Shown here: piece by piece, positions 14,181-27,950 of the stretch
Layout: every line of letters begins with the position of its first letter
How positions within the stretch are numbered: the stretch's first letter is position 1
Assembly (NCBI GenBank): GCA_013239625.1
Contig: MU054037.1
Location: 312,001 to 376,000 of the forward strand
Direction of reading: 5' to 3'
Source of the DNA: Lama guanicoe
Lineage: Eukaryota
DNA: 64,000 nt
The notes under the pieces: model-generated
Databases searched by the model: none
Told to the model about the DNA's origin: nothing
What the model saw: only the letters and a program-made list of their open reading frames with translations
Made by a program: the position numbers and the translations under genes

Positions 14181-16107
14181 ACAAGTCTGTATGTATTCAG
14201 TGGTAGTATTTTGCGTGATGTGGAAACACGTGGATCCTATACTTACATCTGTGTGTTTCTGAACCACTCTCTGGCTTTTAGAAGCATAATACAGTTCTTG
14301 AGTCTGTGGATTATCTCTCTCCTAAATTTACTGAAATGTCACCCCCCCATTACTGTGTTGCTTTTGTATAAAATCTTAAAGGAGAAAAGGGAAGACTATT
14401 TCAGGCCACTATATTCATATATCAAACCCCTTCAAAGGCATCAAGTGTATTGCCAGCTTTGATAATTTTTAACAAACGGTCCAAACTTTTTTCCCCATAT
14501 ATGCCTAATTTAGAACTTTGATACTTGAAATATTTTACATTTAGGCAAATACTTAGCTTGTGTGAGTATGTATGTGTGTGTGACTCAGATTTATTTAATG
14601 TCACCATGTTTTCAATTGTAAATTAAATCTTTTGAAAAAGATTGGAGTGTGTACTTACCCTGATTGAGTTAACTTTGGAAGCTACAGGTTCTTATGTCAC
14701 CTGTGAATCTTGCATCATCAAAGACCACCACTTGGGGATTTTAGCTTTGGTTTGTCTGAATCCCCATGTTGGTGTTGGCTATCTCTTTGACCTTGCAAGT
14801 TGCTTAAGCTTCCAGGGCGTTGGTTCCCCTTCTGCAAATGAAGACATCGATCCACTTGTAGGACTTTGTGAGGGTCACAGGGAAGGACTGTATGAAGGAC
14901 CCAACGGTGGGTGCATGGCACAGAGCAGGTGCTCGTGACCCCTCAGTTCTTCTCACCTTCCCCTCCTGCTTCCCACTTCCTCAGTGCCCTGAAGGTCACC
15001 ACCTCACCTTGAACTCCACTGCTCTTCATTGCCACTGCCCTACTGACTTGCCCTCTGACTTACCAGTGTGCTTTCCCTGCCTTAACTGGGAAGGCAGGTT
15101 ATGTCTCAGTTGTTGTCATTTGCGTCCTACCTTATGTTAACCAAGTTCAGTGGATGCCAGTGAGTGAGGGAGGGAAAAGCAGGCTTGCCGGGTCCCTGCC
15201 CCAGTGAGGTCATTACTGTTTGTTTGAAAGCCACAGCATTGCCAGACTGGAGTTAGGGGCCATGATCAGTTAATGTAGCCCCTGACTTGATCCTAGAGAA
15301 TGGCTTTTTCGCTCTTGATTATTCCTTTGAGGAAATTTGCTACAGCCAGCTCGTGAAACTTATATTCCCGGATAATCTGTTTTGGAGGGTAGGGATGAAG
15401 GGAACGTTGAGAAACTGTGTCATGTAGTCAGAGCCTCGTTAGAACTGCACTTGTAGGAGGGCTGCTTTGACTCTTTCACACCCACTTCCTAGGAAGGCAC
15501 GAGCCGGTTGGCTGGTAGATTTAGTAGCCAGCTTTGCTTGGGCCTTGCTTTAATGTCCTACCAGAGGTGGGCACCCAGGCAGGATGAGCAAGGAAATGAA
15601 GCTATGGCTGGAAAGTGAGCAGGAAGACCTTTGCTAGATCCTCCAAATCACTTACTTGGAGAGGAGCTCCTCTGTCTTGCGTTAAGTGTTTGGCTGTGCA
15701 TTTTTGCAATAGCAGTCACACCCATATTCAAATGTAAGAACCAGCGTGCTCTCCAAAGACATGCAGGCCAGGTCCCTTCCAGCTAAAAAACAATATATGG
15801 GTCGTAGGAACCATCGCTGCCACATGGAAAGCTCTTCCCAATGCTTTTTCACTCAGGCCTTCCTATCCTTTAAGATCTAGCTTAATTCCCCCTGTCTAGT
15901 TTTTATAGTTTTGAGTGTGAGCCATTTGACTGGCTGTTGGATAGATCTAGTGTTGTGTGTGGAACTGTTTAGCAGTTACTAACCTTGTGGCCACTGAGGT
16001 GTTCTCCCTCATTTACGCCCTGGCTTCCGCACTAGGTCATCACTCTAGGCCGGGGCGCCGTGCAGCCCGTGCACCACAACGGGGAGGGGGTGTGCAGTGC
16101 GGGGGTT

Positions 16108-16258
16108 TCCAGCAGCAGCAGCACCTGCGAGCTAGTTAGAAATGCACCCTGGCTGCCGGCTCTGCTGAGTTAGAGAGTCTGGGCTGGGACTCAGCAGTCT
16201 GCAGTCTAACGAGCGCTCCTGGTGATTCTGCTGGGCCCTGATATTGGAGAACCTCTGA
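16108..16258. mobile_element. MER5-type hAT-Charlie MITE
   Basis: cagcagcagcagcacctgcgagctagttagaaatgca...ggtgattctg...ttggagaacctctg. Confidence 0.65.
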
Positions 16259-16862
16259 TGCAGTGGGGAGAACAGGGCTTTGGGGTCAGACAGGCCTGGG
16301 TTTGAATCCAGTTCTGCCCTTTCCTAATGAACCCACCTTAGGAAAGTGAGTTTTTCTTTCTTCTCTGCCCTTCCAGGCATATTTTGTAGGCATCTGTTCT
16401 GCACTGTGCTGATGGGTGTGCCGTAAAGATGAGGGTGGACAAGAGCTTTTGGGGTCAGAGAAGTTAGTGAAATGCTGCTTTAGCAAATTTCAACAGGATT
16501 CTTTACGGCAATGCTTCTCAGATGCCTAAACGGCATTGAGGGTCGATGAGGGTCACATGGAAAAACGCTGCAAACTAGTTAGATTCTAGAACACCCTTTC
16601 TGCTATATGCGTGCTGACCTCTCTGGCAGTGGTGTTTTGTGGAACATGTTTTGAGAGGTGCTGGTCTAGGTGATCTGTAAGGGCACCTTGAGCCTGGAGA
16701 TTTTATGGGCCTGCCAGCCGGTGAGAGATCCAGAAACTTCAAATAAAGGGCAAACCAGACATGGTGCCAGAATTTATCATTTGAGTAAACCAGATTTACA
16801 CAATGACTTGAACATCGAGACAATATGGAAGCAACTAAACATTGAAGAATATCTGGTTATAG

Positions 16863-17040
16863 GTGTTTTTTTTTTAAAGGTGTATTTTTCTTAGAGCATA
16901 ACTTTATTTTTCTTTCTTTCCTTTGGGTTGGTTGGGGAGGATTAGGTTTGTTTATTTTTTTTTAATGAAGGTACTGGGGATTGAACCCAGGACCTTGTGC
17001 ATGCTAAGTATGTGCTCCACCACTGAGCTATGCCCTCACC
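16863..17040 (-). mobile_element. Vic-1-like SINE with target-site duplication
   Basis: Antisense head ggtactggggattgaacccaggacc...cactgagctatgccctc. TGGTTATAG flanks it at 16854-16862 and 17044-17052. Confidence 0.85.
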
Positions 17041-17529
17041 TTTTGGTTATAGTTTTTAAAGCAGCAAGTTTTTCTTAGGTAGAAAACTGGATACCAGGGA
17101 AGAGGTGGCAAAGACGAATTAAGGAAAATGTCACTTACTGAGCATATTGGAGTTCTGGCACATTCAACTGGGGTAAGCTAAAGGAGATTTAAATAAATGA
17201 ACTATTTATAAAAAGTGTAGGCAGAGTTTGGGAAAAGCCACAGCGGTCAACACAAGACTTGGATTCCTCTATGTATACGAGGTTTACATGTATCACATTC
17301 AGTCCTCAGAGTAAACCCAGAGATAGGTTTTACTATTTCAAACTTTGTGGAAGAGGAAGGTGAAGCTCAAAGAGGCAAGGCAGATTACCCATCGATAGTA
17401 GCTGGAGAACGGGGGCCAAATCCACACTGCCCCGCCAGCCTCGTGGCCCCAGCTTCCACTTCCAGAACATCCTCTCTTCTGTCAGTCTTTCTCCACGTGG
17501 TGAGGCTGACAACACTGCTCTCTGAGGCT

Positions 17530-18030
17530 CTGGTTCTGAGCTGGATACTGAGCTACAGTCAGTAGACAGGAGAAATCAGCATGTTGGGCAAATAGATAAA
17601 TCAGTAATAAAAGTAGGCAGATGACAAATATGGGGAAGAAAGATTGTAAACATGCAGTTTCCATGTCTAGAAGGGTTGGGGCTGTGGAAGTCTGTCATCC
17701 ATCCTTTTTGGGGATCCATCCCATTCTAGAAAACGCCTTTGGGGAGGATATTGGAGTCATTTGAAGGGCGTGAATGAAGCAGCTTAGCTTGCAGGGGCTG
17801 GGAGGAGGTAGAGGGAACTTTCCCAGACATATGGCACAGCTTGGGAAGACTTGGCTGTGGGAGTAGAATGAAAGGGCGCTCTATTCATAGGTGCCTTAGG
17901 CACATGGAAATGATGCTGCTGGTGGGAGGTGGGCAAGCAGTTGGGAGAAGAAAGAGCTGTCATGATGGGATCTCAGGGTGCCTCTGACTCCTGTTTTTAT
18001 CTGAGGGCCACACTGGTCCAGTGAAGTCTC
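17530..18030 (-). mobile_element. L2 LINE fragment
   Basis: Purine-rich antisense-L2-like sequence, e.g. ggagtcatttgaagggcgtgaatgaag and agggaactttcccagacatatggcacagc. Confidence 0.45.
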
Positions 18031-19039
18031 TCTAGCCTAATAACCTTTGTTAGAAGATAAGGGTCGAATGTTCTCTAAGAACTGATTTTTCAGAGGATAT
18101 GGCTGCCTAATTTCTCTTATGCCCTAAGAAAATTTAAAAGTCATGTCTCTGAGGAAGTTACTTCCCCCCAGGTCGCTTTGAATTTGGGTTGGCTTTTAAT
18201 GCTCAATTGGAATATAGCTTATGGTCAAGTCCCCTTTATTCCAGAAAACAAAAACACCTCTCCAGTACTGTGCACAGGACCCGCCTTGGAAAACATCTGG
18301 TAAAAATAACAAGTCGCCTGGAAAACCGTGATTCTCAGATGCGACCTCCGCCCCGTTAGTAGCGGGGAGTCACTGGAGTAAACCTTTATTTCCTGTTGCT
18401 TCCACACAGCGGTCCTTTACGGAAATATTTCTCATGTTTCCTTAGGCAGCAGGGAACCTTGAAGGGCAAACAGTGCTGAGGCCCCAGATAGGAACAGAGA
18501 TGCCCCATAGCACCTTGGGGTGTGTGGAGAGCCCGCCTGGGCCTCCGAGCTTTGATGCAGCGCCAGGTTCCTGCCCCAAACTGCTAAGAATTTCAGTCCC
18601 CCCCAAGGCACGAGCCAGGCCCAAACCTGCCACACCTCCAGCTCTTCTTACAAGAGAGATGTTTTAAAGTAGTCTTAAATGTCAGACATATTTTCTTTCA
18701 CAACATGCCACAGACATCTCATAAATTATTCTTCAGTAAAGCTTTAATAGGAATGCTTAGAAAATTAGGAGTTCTAGTTCGTGGAGTTTTGGTAACCTAG
18801 TTGTTAACCCCACATCTCCCTGCTTTTTCCACCCAGAACTCACTGAAGAAAATCATTATGAAATAATTTCCCTGAAACCAGGCTTGAAGCGGTCTTTGAT
18901 GACCGAGGTTGCATGTTCCCGCACAATGCCATGTGTTGAACAATGAGCTACTCCATTTGACTATTTTTGACTTTAAAAAGGCCATCTGATACGGTTCCAT
19001 CTGATAATATAAGGTGTAGGAATTTGAGTTTAGTGTTTT

Positions 19040-19220
19040 ACTTCTTTTATTTTTTTAATTGAAGCTTAGTTGGTTTACAATGTTATTTTAGTTTCTGGTA
19101 TACAGCATGGTGATTCAGTTATATGTATGTATGTTCTCTTTTATATTCTTTCTCATTATAGGTGAAATGACTAGATATTGAATGTAATTCCCTGTGCTGT
19201 ACAGTAGGACTTTGTTGTTT
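19040..19220 (-). mobile_element. 5'-truncated L1 3' end (artiodactyl type) with TSD
   Basis: ttttaattgaagcttagttggtttacaatgtt...ccctgtgctgtacagtaggac. TSD gagtt(t/c)agtgttt at 19026-19038 and 19221-19233. Confidence 0.85.
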
Positions 19221-19780
19221 GAGTTCAGTGTTTGCTGACTTCAGAATATATCTAGAAAATTCTTTTAAAGAAATCTGTGATCCTCCTTGCCATTTGCTTC
19301 TCTCTTGTGAAAATGGGTAATTAAAGATTCTGGTGGCAGACTCTGCATTGCTGCTCGGGCTGTCTGCCATCACGTTGGCTCCACGTGGGGGCCTTTACCA
19401 ACATGCGTCCCATTGCAGCCATACAGATATGTTAAGTTCTGTTTCATGTGGAGATGCTTCTGGGGGTAGGCCCGTGGGCCTTCCCTTTATGCGTTTTTAG
19501 TCTGTTTTGTTTTTACTTAAAATGCTTACTGAATTGATTTATTCAGTTACTAGTTTCTGGAAAACCGGCATTTGGAGGGAACTTTCCATTGTTTATTGGT
19601 ACAAAGACAAAATCCAGGGCTGCCCTAATAGTCTGGGATGTGTGGCATAGCACAGAACCGTGACCGCTGGTGCTCAGGACGAGGCTCTCTGGATGACTTC
19701 TGGCCCATGGAAGGATTAATTATGCTGCGGATGCTGGTATATTTCATCTCATATTTCTCATTCCTTAAAAAAAAATGAAC

Positions 19781-20134
19781 TTCTTAGACTTTTTAGGCTG
19801 CTGTAATGAAATACCACAGACCGGGTGGCTTATAAACAACCGAAGCTTCCTTCTTAACAGTTCTGGGGACTGGGAACTTCAGGGTCAAGGAGCCAGCATG
19901 GTCATGTTCTGGTGAGGGCTGTCTTCCAGGTCGCGGATTTCTTGTCATAGCCTCACATGGTGGAAGGGTGAGCGTGCTCTCCGGACCTCGTTTATAAGGA
20001 CCTCAAACCCAGTCACGAGGGCTCTGCCTCCCAGAGGACCCACCTCTTAATACTGTCACCTTGGGTATTAGGTTTTCAAAGTAAGAGTTTGTCGGGGGCA
20101 GGGAGGAGGGACATACAACATTCAGATGATAGCA
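19781..20134 (-). mobile_element. MaLR solo LTR (MLT1A-like)
   Basis: ggctgctgtaatgaaataccacagaccgggtggcttataaacaac...acattcagatgatagca is the MLT1 signature. Confidence 0.85.
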
Positions 20135-20899
20135 ACCAGTGTATTTCATTCTATAGAACTTTCCATTGTTTCTTTGTATACGGAAAGTGAGCATGTAGAA
20201 TTTTTCATAGTGAGGATCTGTTTCACAGTATCATTTGCCTTTTTTTGTAAAATCAAATCAACAAAAGAGTAATTGCCCCTTCACTATGTCTAGGGAACCA
20301 TGTGAAAATTCAGGAAAAAATATTTGCAGCAAATGAAGAAATTTGCTTGCCTTGAGATGTGACAGTAGCATGACATTCTCCTTACGATTTGGTCTGTGGA
20401 AAGGTAAAGCCAGTCAGCTGTGTCTCAATTCAGGGCAGCATTCTTTGGGGGGAAGTGCTGGATTGGGAGTTAAAAGCTCCCGTTTCAATCCTGTCTAGGT
20501 CCCAAGCTCACTCTGAGTTTGTGGGCAGCCTTCTCCTTTCCCACCTGAACTGTTTTCTCATCTAATACAGTGAAGATTATTTCTAAAGATCCTAAGATCC
20601 TTTATAACAAAATCGACCCAACGATTATTTTTATTGAATGTTTTCCACTATGTAAGGTACTGAGATAGTTCCAAGTAAGTATATGAGAGTCTCTTACTTC
20701 TGGGAGTTTTAAAAGGTTCCTCATCATTAGATGAAACAAAAACCAAAAACTCAAAATGTTTATTGACCATCCTGCAAAGAGCAGAGAAAACCTCAGCATG
20801 CATAAAGTACTCACTTCCCCCTCTTGCTTATAGAATAGTAAACGATACAGGAGCTGTCACATGAGTGAGACAGAGTGGACAGTAGGTGCCCTGCATTTA

Positions 20900-21080
20900 T
20901 CAGGGACTTGCACCATGCTCGCCTTTGTGCCCAGTGCTTTACCTGCATCCCCCCACCGAGCCTTGCAGTAGCCACGTACTCTGTTTTACAGATGAGGAAC
21001 CGAGGTGACTTGCCCAAGGTCACAAGCTAGTAAGTGGAACTGATCATTGTTAAATTGAGCCTACATTCTTAATCACCCTG
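20900..21080 (-). mobile_element. MIR SINE
   Basis: tgttttacagatgaggaaccgaggtgacttgcccaaggtcacaagctagtaagtgg. Confidence 0.75.
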
Positions 21081-22329
21081 CCTCTGAGGGAAAATGAGTA
21101 GAGGCAACAGGCTTCACTTTAAAGAAAGGCATGGAATTGCCAAGGGTTAGTGATAGAAGGAAAAGGGGACATTCATGACCATAGGCCACCTACACTAACC
21201 CGTTTCCTTAGGCTTCTCCTACCTGATTACCTGTCCCTGCTTTGCTGGACCCTGGGGAATACTGATTGCCTCTCTGTTAAGGCTGTAGCCCCAGCCTGAC
21301 CAAAGAAACTCCTTCCAGCTCCTCTCCAGCGTTCGTGCCAGAGCTAAAAAGAGCTGCGTGTTTACAGCAGCTTGGGATATCTTTGCTGCTTGAATTGAGC
21401 AGAGTCAAGTCAAGGGAGTAAACAGCTGGGCTTAGGATTGGCGGGTGACTCTGGCAGATGACTATGAACAGGCTTAAATTTTTTTTTTCCAAATCTTCCA
21501 AAACTTGGTTTTAATGTTTCCCCTTTAATGTCTCCATTTGTGGAACCAAACAACTCTAGTTTTGGAATTTGTGCCATGAAAGGCTCAGAGTGAACAAGGT
21601 GAGGAGTCCTCAGCCAGCTCTCAGTTCATGTCATGGCCCAAAGAGGCCACTTGTACCTGCTCACGGGCCTCCATCTGAGCTTCTGTTCACTGTCACACTC
21701 TCAGCAGCCAGCAGTGGACGATGACCAAGCATCACGTGGCTTAAGGAAAAAACAACCCAAAACACTGTCCTGCTTTTAAGCCCCCTCCATGGCTTGGATT
21801 GTGAGCTGCTCAAGGGCAGCAATCACGCTCATCTCTGCAGGTAGTACCGGGCAGTGTGTGTGGACTAAGCAGACGCTCCAGAAAGGCTGGGTGATTCTGC
21901 GGATGCTCTGTTGAGCACATTCTCCTCATCACCATAAAAACAAAATAGGGTTTTCTTAAATGAGCAGAGTGGTGTAGGCAGTGCATTGTGATGCAAGACG
22001 CATCTCTGTAGAATGAAGAAGCAGTTAATAGCCTGGGATTTAAGGTCAGGTCGGGTTTTCTGTCACAATTCCACCACATACTGGTCATGTGCCCCAGAGA
22101 AGCGGCTGAGCCACCGCCTCCCTCCTTTCTAAACTGATAGCAGCCGTCCATGTATCATTAGGTTACTGGGACTAAATGAGACATTGTATGTAACGTGCTA
22201 AGCACAGTGTCTGTGCGTAAGAGCCGGGCTCTTGATGATGATATTCATTGTATTTCATTTATTGCTAGGGAGAAAAAGATCAGATTTGGCTACCTTTCAA
22301 AAGAAATGGGAAGCAGAACTTGAGTATGT

Positions 22330-23700
22330 GTCTCCCACCCCCAAATTAAAGTTTGCGTGGTGCAGAGTGGTACAATTCTGAATGCTTCACAGTTACCAGG
22401 ATCAGAAACAAGTTCACCAGGGTAGGAGTGACATTTGTGGCAGTTTGGTCCTACAGGTTGAGAGGTTGTGTTAGGGTGCTGACGTTCTGGATCTTTTTCT
22501 TTAATTTTCGGATGTCTAGTTCTGTGCTTTAATTTTTTTCCTGCTTTAAAAAATGTCTTACCAGGTTTGATCTATTTTTTTAAGTCTAAAAAAATTATAC
22601 TCCTTAAATAAAATGAACAAGGGATTCTTCTCAAAGTGTAATACTTGAACCACCACGTTGGAATTTTTTAATTTTAATTGCTTTTCCAGCTGCTTTCTTC
22701 AAGAAACTTTGCTGAATAATTAATAAGACTCTATTTAGTGGAAACACATTAGAAGTTGAGAGTTTGAGTCTGATATAAAATATAAACTTTTTCCTTACCA
22801 TGTTGTGATAGGATAAAATATCAGTGGATTATTAGAAATCAAAGCCTAATTAAAAAATAAACATTTGCTCTCTAGATGGTATCAACAGATGTGTCAAAAT
22901 TTATCTTTTTTTTTCAGATTATAGTCGTTTTGTGGATTATGATATGAAATCGTCCTAAATTTCGGGTACATTTTGAATTCTGTACGTTCTCAAACATCCA
23001 GCTGAGGAATATTGAAGCTACTGGGTGAGTGTCCTCCTAGTACAGTCCTCACTTGGAAACCCTGTGCCAGACTGCTGGCAGATGGCAGGCCCTGCAAGTG
23101 CAATTCCATTTGCACATGGTTTCATTCACTGTGAACATTCTGCAGGAAAAACAGAAAAAACTGTCTCCCTGCTTCAGTGAAATTCTAACACAATCAGTAC
23201 AAATTATAAATTATGTTCAAAGGGATGCAATAAATTCATGATGCTTTCCAGTTTTAAAGCATTGTGGGTGAGCTATGGACGTCTAGTAACTTGGTGCTGC
23301 AGTAACTTGGTCACACTGACCATTGTTTCTGAAAGTATGGCCTGAAACCTTATCCACCAGAAATGCAGGTTCTAGGGCCTCCTTGAACTTCTCAGACAGC
23401 GTATTTAGGACCAGAACCTGCAATCGGCATTTTAAACAGGTGCCTCCCCTCTTTATTAGTGTTTGGCCATTTTTGAGACCCTCTGGTAGAGTGGGAAGAT
23501 TTTGCAGAGATTTTTTTAGTTGTTATCAAAATTGAAAATACTTCTAAATTCAGAGAATTGAAATTTATAATGAAAACTAAAGTGCAGGTTAAGAATTCGG
23601 TTGAAAGGCACATATGGGAATAATTTTTTAAATGCCTCCTTCTCTTTTCTGAGTCTTCCAGTGCGTCGAGTTGACTAGGAATAGCACTGCCAGTCAGACT
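22330..23700 (+). mobile_element. Fossil hAT-Charlie (Buster-group) transposase coding sequence, disrupted
   Basis: Collinear peptide remnants with stops and frameshifts: PGSETSSP (22396-22419), LIAFPAAFFKK / AE*LIRLYLVE (22674-22743), FAL*MVSTDVS and YSRFVDYD (22864-22943), HGFIHCEH (23115-23138), KKLSPCFSEILTQSVQIINYVQRDAINS (23155-23238), KCRLRIRLKGTYGNN (23580-23624). Confidence 0.8.
23322..23485. mobile_element. MER5-type MITE nested in the Charlie fossil
   Basis: cattgtttctgaaagtatggcc...agaaatgcaggttctagggcc...gcattttaaacaggtgcc...tttgagaccctctg, with imperfect terminal inverted repeats. Confidence 0.6.
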
Positions 23701-24225
23701 TTAAAATACTTTCTCAGTGTCCATAAGAAGAAAACTTAACACTTGAGAAAATCATTGTCAAGTCACTTGTGAATGTATAAAAGTAAGTTTGGAGGAAAGG
23801 ACTGAATTTGGGTGAGAAGGGGTAAAGAGAGAGACCCAAACATAAATATAATTTATTTAGGGGTAAAAATAAAGAGAATAGGCAGTTCTCCACAAAAAAA
23901 TAATGATGGTTTTACCAGGGGCTTCCAACCACGTAGTTACACAAAGCAGCATTTTTGGCTTTTAAATAATGAAATTAAATCCAAAAGATGTCAGTTTGTG
24001 TCTCACCATACTCTGTATTAAAGATACATCTTTATCTTTAAGGGGAAAAAATTGGGACATAAGAGAAACTATCCTTTTGATTATCATAAAATTTCTTTGA
24101 CTTTAAAATGATTTCACATAACATAGCTGTATTTGAATATAATTTCTTAATGTCATCTGTGTAGATTCCAGTGATAGAAGAAACGAATTAAATAAGATTT
24201 AAATAAAACTTAACCTCTGTTTAGG

Positions 24226-24492
24226 AAGACAAATATTATATATTGCTTATATGTGGAATTTGAAAAATAATACAAATGATTCTGCATACAGAATAGAAAC
24301 ACTCACAGAAGTAGAAAACAAACTTAGTTACCAAAGGGGAAGGGGAGTAGGGGAGGAATAAATTAGGAGTTTGAGAGATACAGACTACTCTACATAAAAT
24401 AGATAAGCGACAAGGACCTATCGTATAGCACAGGGAACTATTCAATATTTTGTAATAACCTATAATGGGAAATAATCTGAAAAAATATGCAT

Positions 24493-24525
<33 letters not shown>

Positions 24526-24590
24526 ACTGAATCACTAAGCTGTACACCTAAAGCTAACACTATATTGTAAATCAACTCTACTTCAATTGT
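24226..24590 (+). mobile_element. L1 3' UTR fragment (L1MA9/L1_Art-like) containing a (CA)n tract
   Basis: gacaaatattatatattgcttatatgtggaat...tatagcacagggaactattcaata...actgaatcactaagctgtacacctaaagctaacac...tacttcaat. The (CA)n tract is at ~24493-24518. Confidence 0.9.
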
Positions 24591-27140
24591 GGGGGGAAAA
24601 AAAGGCTGCAAGGACCAAGAAATAAAAACACCAAGTAGTAAACAAACAAACCCTTTTGTTTCGTGAAGAATTTTGTATGTATTTCTGTCTATGTAATTTA
24701 AATAATTCTTGTAAAGAGCTGATCTGTTTTCTTCCCCCTGTTGAAATGCTGTCTGGGCTGGTGTGTTCATTCGCACCGTCTCACTGGTCTTTGGGGACTC
24801 CTTGTCCTTCCTCCTCCATCTTCCTCCATCCGTCCTCCCTCTATGATGGCACTGGGGCCAAGGGGACTGGAATGTGGACTCAACACATCCTACAGAGGGA
24901 CCACACTTTATTCTCAGCCAGGAGCAGAGCAACCCTCTCAGAATGATTTCCTTATCTTCCCTACAAGGGCTTGAAATCTCCCTTCCAGCACTGATCTGGG
25001 CACTCCGTCTACTTTCTTGGCAAGGAATTTCCAGAGCCTTGGCGGGGTCACCCTCTGCCTTTCCCGGCAGCTGGTTTCACTCTGAATTTAATGAGGGAGC
25101 TGAGCTGAGTAGCTGGAGAAGGGCTTCCCCGTCTGGCATCCCACTGGAAGGTCTCGCCACTTGTCCACGTTCAGTGAGTAAATGCTGACGGCTGTGGGGC
25201 TCCAAGAAAGGGCCTTTCCAGCCAGTTCTCCTCGGGTCCCCGTCTCGGCACATTCCTGAGCCCTCCTGCTTCTCCCTCCTTTCTCTTTGGACTTTGGTGT
25301 AACCAGCAGTGAGGTGGGAACGTGAGTATTTGAAATCCCATGTATGTGGAACTTTTGGAGTCACTAGGATTTTCTGTCCCTATTCACTGGGTGGACTTGA
25401 CAATTTTGCAAAGCCTGTTGGCAAACTTTGTGTGGTCGTCCTGGATTCCATGCTCCCCAAGGCCTCACTGCACCTGATTCTCTGCATTTAAATTTGCCGG
25501 TTAGTTTTTCGAGCTGTGATATTAGCAGATGGCAATTTGAAATGCCTCATATCTTGCTGAGAATTCAAGTATTTTTCATCCCTGTTTTAAGAGTTTTAGC
25601 TGATATTTTCGTTTTTTTCCCTCACTTATAATCTAGTGTATTTACTTAAGCTTTGCATTTTTACATAAGAAAAAACTTATTTATCTTTGCACTTTTATTA
25701 TTAGATAGGAAGAAAGTCTATAATTACATGCTTCTTAAACTGGATTTCCTCCAGAAGTATAGTTATATTCACCAAACTCCACAAATACCGAAGCTCCCTT
25801 TAAGAAGATTGGGAACCAACCCAAGATTTCTAAAGTTACATTTTTGTGAAAGATTTTTGTTGCATACTTAAAGGGCAGGGGAGGTTTCTGCATGGGACCT
25901 TTATCCTTTCCCCCATCTCTGTAGCCTTCTTAAAATGCCCTCTGTTAGAATTTTTGAGGGCTTGATTTCCAGACATGTAATTCATACTGTAAATTTAAAA
26001 TAGAAGAACCACACTATTCAGTGCCTCGCATTAGTGAACTTTTACTGAATGAATTAATGGGTTCAGAAGCACCAAAGGGCATTTAATTGTAGATTTGCCT
26101 TAAATGAATGGTTTATTTTTTAAGAAGGAGAAAGCCATTTATTCCCCAACTTTATACTTGTGTATAAGATTTAAGACTTTAGTTTGAGACATTTGGACTT
26201 ACTATGAATGTTATGAAACCTTAGGTTTTAATTTTCTACTGCTGCTTTTTAAGAGGAAAGAATGAAATGAAAAATTTTAAAGTCATTTAGAATATTTTAG
26301 TGCCCTCGTGCTTTACAGACTCATAGATTCACAGACGCCTATCTTCAGGGAGCTTAGCTTCTAGAAAGCACAGCAGGCCCCCAGGCATAGTAGCTGTCAC
26401 ACCTATTGCTGGCTTGGCTTTCCGCCTTGTCCTTCTGGCAGGGCTTGGGAGGGTGGGGGGTCTTTGTTTCGGGGAGCATATGTTCCTGGTTGTTGGACTT
26501 TCTCATCTCAATGGATAGGTCTGGACTTCAAGGCTCATAACATGCAGAAATTGTGGTCCTTTCCAGCCCTGAAATTCTATGATGCTTTGAGTCCTTTGGC
26601 CACACGAAACCTCCTTAAAGACAGATCATATTGCATTCCCCCATCTTTCTAAAAAAAAGATTGCAGGCAGCCAAGGCTACCACTGGCACTGCTGTTCTGT
26701 AACCTGCAAAGTTCTATGCAAATATCTGGTGCTGGGTGGGGCCACCACCAGTTTTATCTTTTCTGTGCAAGGCAAAAACCTCATTTCTTAGCAGTGGCCT
26801 CGCCTATCTTCAAGCAGAATCCCAGTAAACTATTGTTATAGTAAGACAGTGACTAAAGCCTTTTATTAACCAGGCTTTCCACCTACCTCTGGCTCTCCTC
26901 ATTTTTGAAATTAGAATGAAACTAATGGGAAATAGACCAGTTATGTCACTTGACCATTTATTGAGTCCTCCCTGTGCCATGCGGGTAATGTTCAGCCCCG
27001 TTCATCCTTACAGGAGGCAAGTTAGTGCTATTTTAATCCCTGTTTTGCATGTGGCGGAAACAGGTTCACAATGATAAATTCACTGCCTAAACACCTGGAA
27101 TTCTTTGCTGATAGTTGGATGTGAGGGATTTAATATTCTC

Positions 27141-27265
27141 ACTTTGGTTGTGGGGGGGGGATAATTAGTTTATTTATTTTAGTGGTGGTACTGGGGATTG
27201 AACCGGGTACCTCATGCATGCTAAGCATGCAATGTACCACTGAGCTATACCTTCCCCCCGCCGCC
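27141..27265 (-). mobile_element. Vic-1-like SINE with 11-bp TSD
   Basis: Antisense head ggtactggggattgaacc...cactgagctataccttcccc. TTAATATTCTC occurs at 27130-27140 and 27266-27276. Confidence 0.9.
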
Positions 27266-27950
27266 TTAATATTCTCTTAACCAAGATCTCAGTGTCATCA
27301 TCCCATTCTCCTCCCCCTAATCCTACACCAACTGTAATTGAATACAGAGTTCTCTTCTTCCAATGTCTTACGTTCTATCTATGTAGGTTGTGAATGGTGA
27401 AGGCGGGTCATTTTGTGTTGAACTGTTCTCTTTAACGTTGGTTTCAAAATGATCTCTTAAACATCCCTGACTCTGTCATCTTTTATTCTATTTTAGTGGT
27501 TGCTATTGTAGTGTCTCTATTTGGTTAGAAGCTCCTTTGAGTTCTAAAGGATTTTTGATGCCTTTTATTTTCTGATAATTTTATGTTGTCAGGCACTAAG
27601 GCATTTGGGCAGGGAAAGAAAAGAGTTTGCTCTGGGCAAAAGTGGCAGCATGAGATTTAAGGAGTAAGCTCAGACAATCATATTCTGAGAACCAGTTTTG
27701 GCTACAGATAAGCAAGAAGAGATAAGTGTAGAAGTTGTCACCTGTGGTCGCTAGAGCCAAGGCCTCTGTGGGGCTTTTCACAGCCCAGTGGGCAAAACAA
27801 GTTTGCTGGAGCTGCTTTCCTGGACAGAGACAGTATATATGGTTGAGGGAAATTTGGGAGAGGGGAAGGGAATCTTACAAAAAGTACCAGATGTGAATGT
27901 CCCCTCCTTTGGCCTGGCCTCGGCTCACGTATTCCCCCTGCCCCGCCCCC

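Noticed and set aside
24459..24468. CArG-like CCTATAATGG (and CCTTTTTTGG at 40637, CCTATTTTGG at 10548)
   Set aside because: These are inside an L1 or isolated, and their number is about what chance would give.
24438..24932. 164-aa minus-strand ORF containing VCVCVC
   Set aside because: It reads through an L1 3' UTR and a (CA)n microsatellite.
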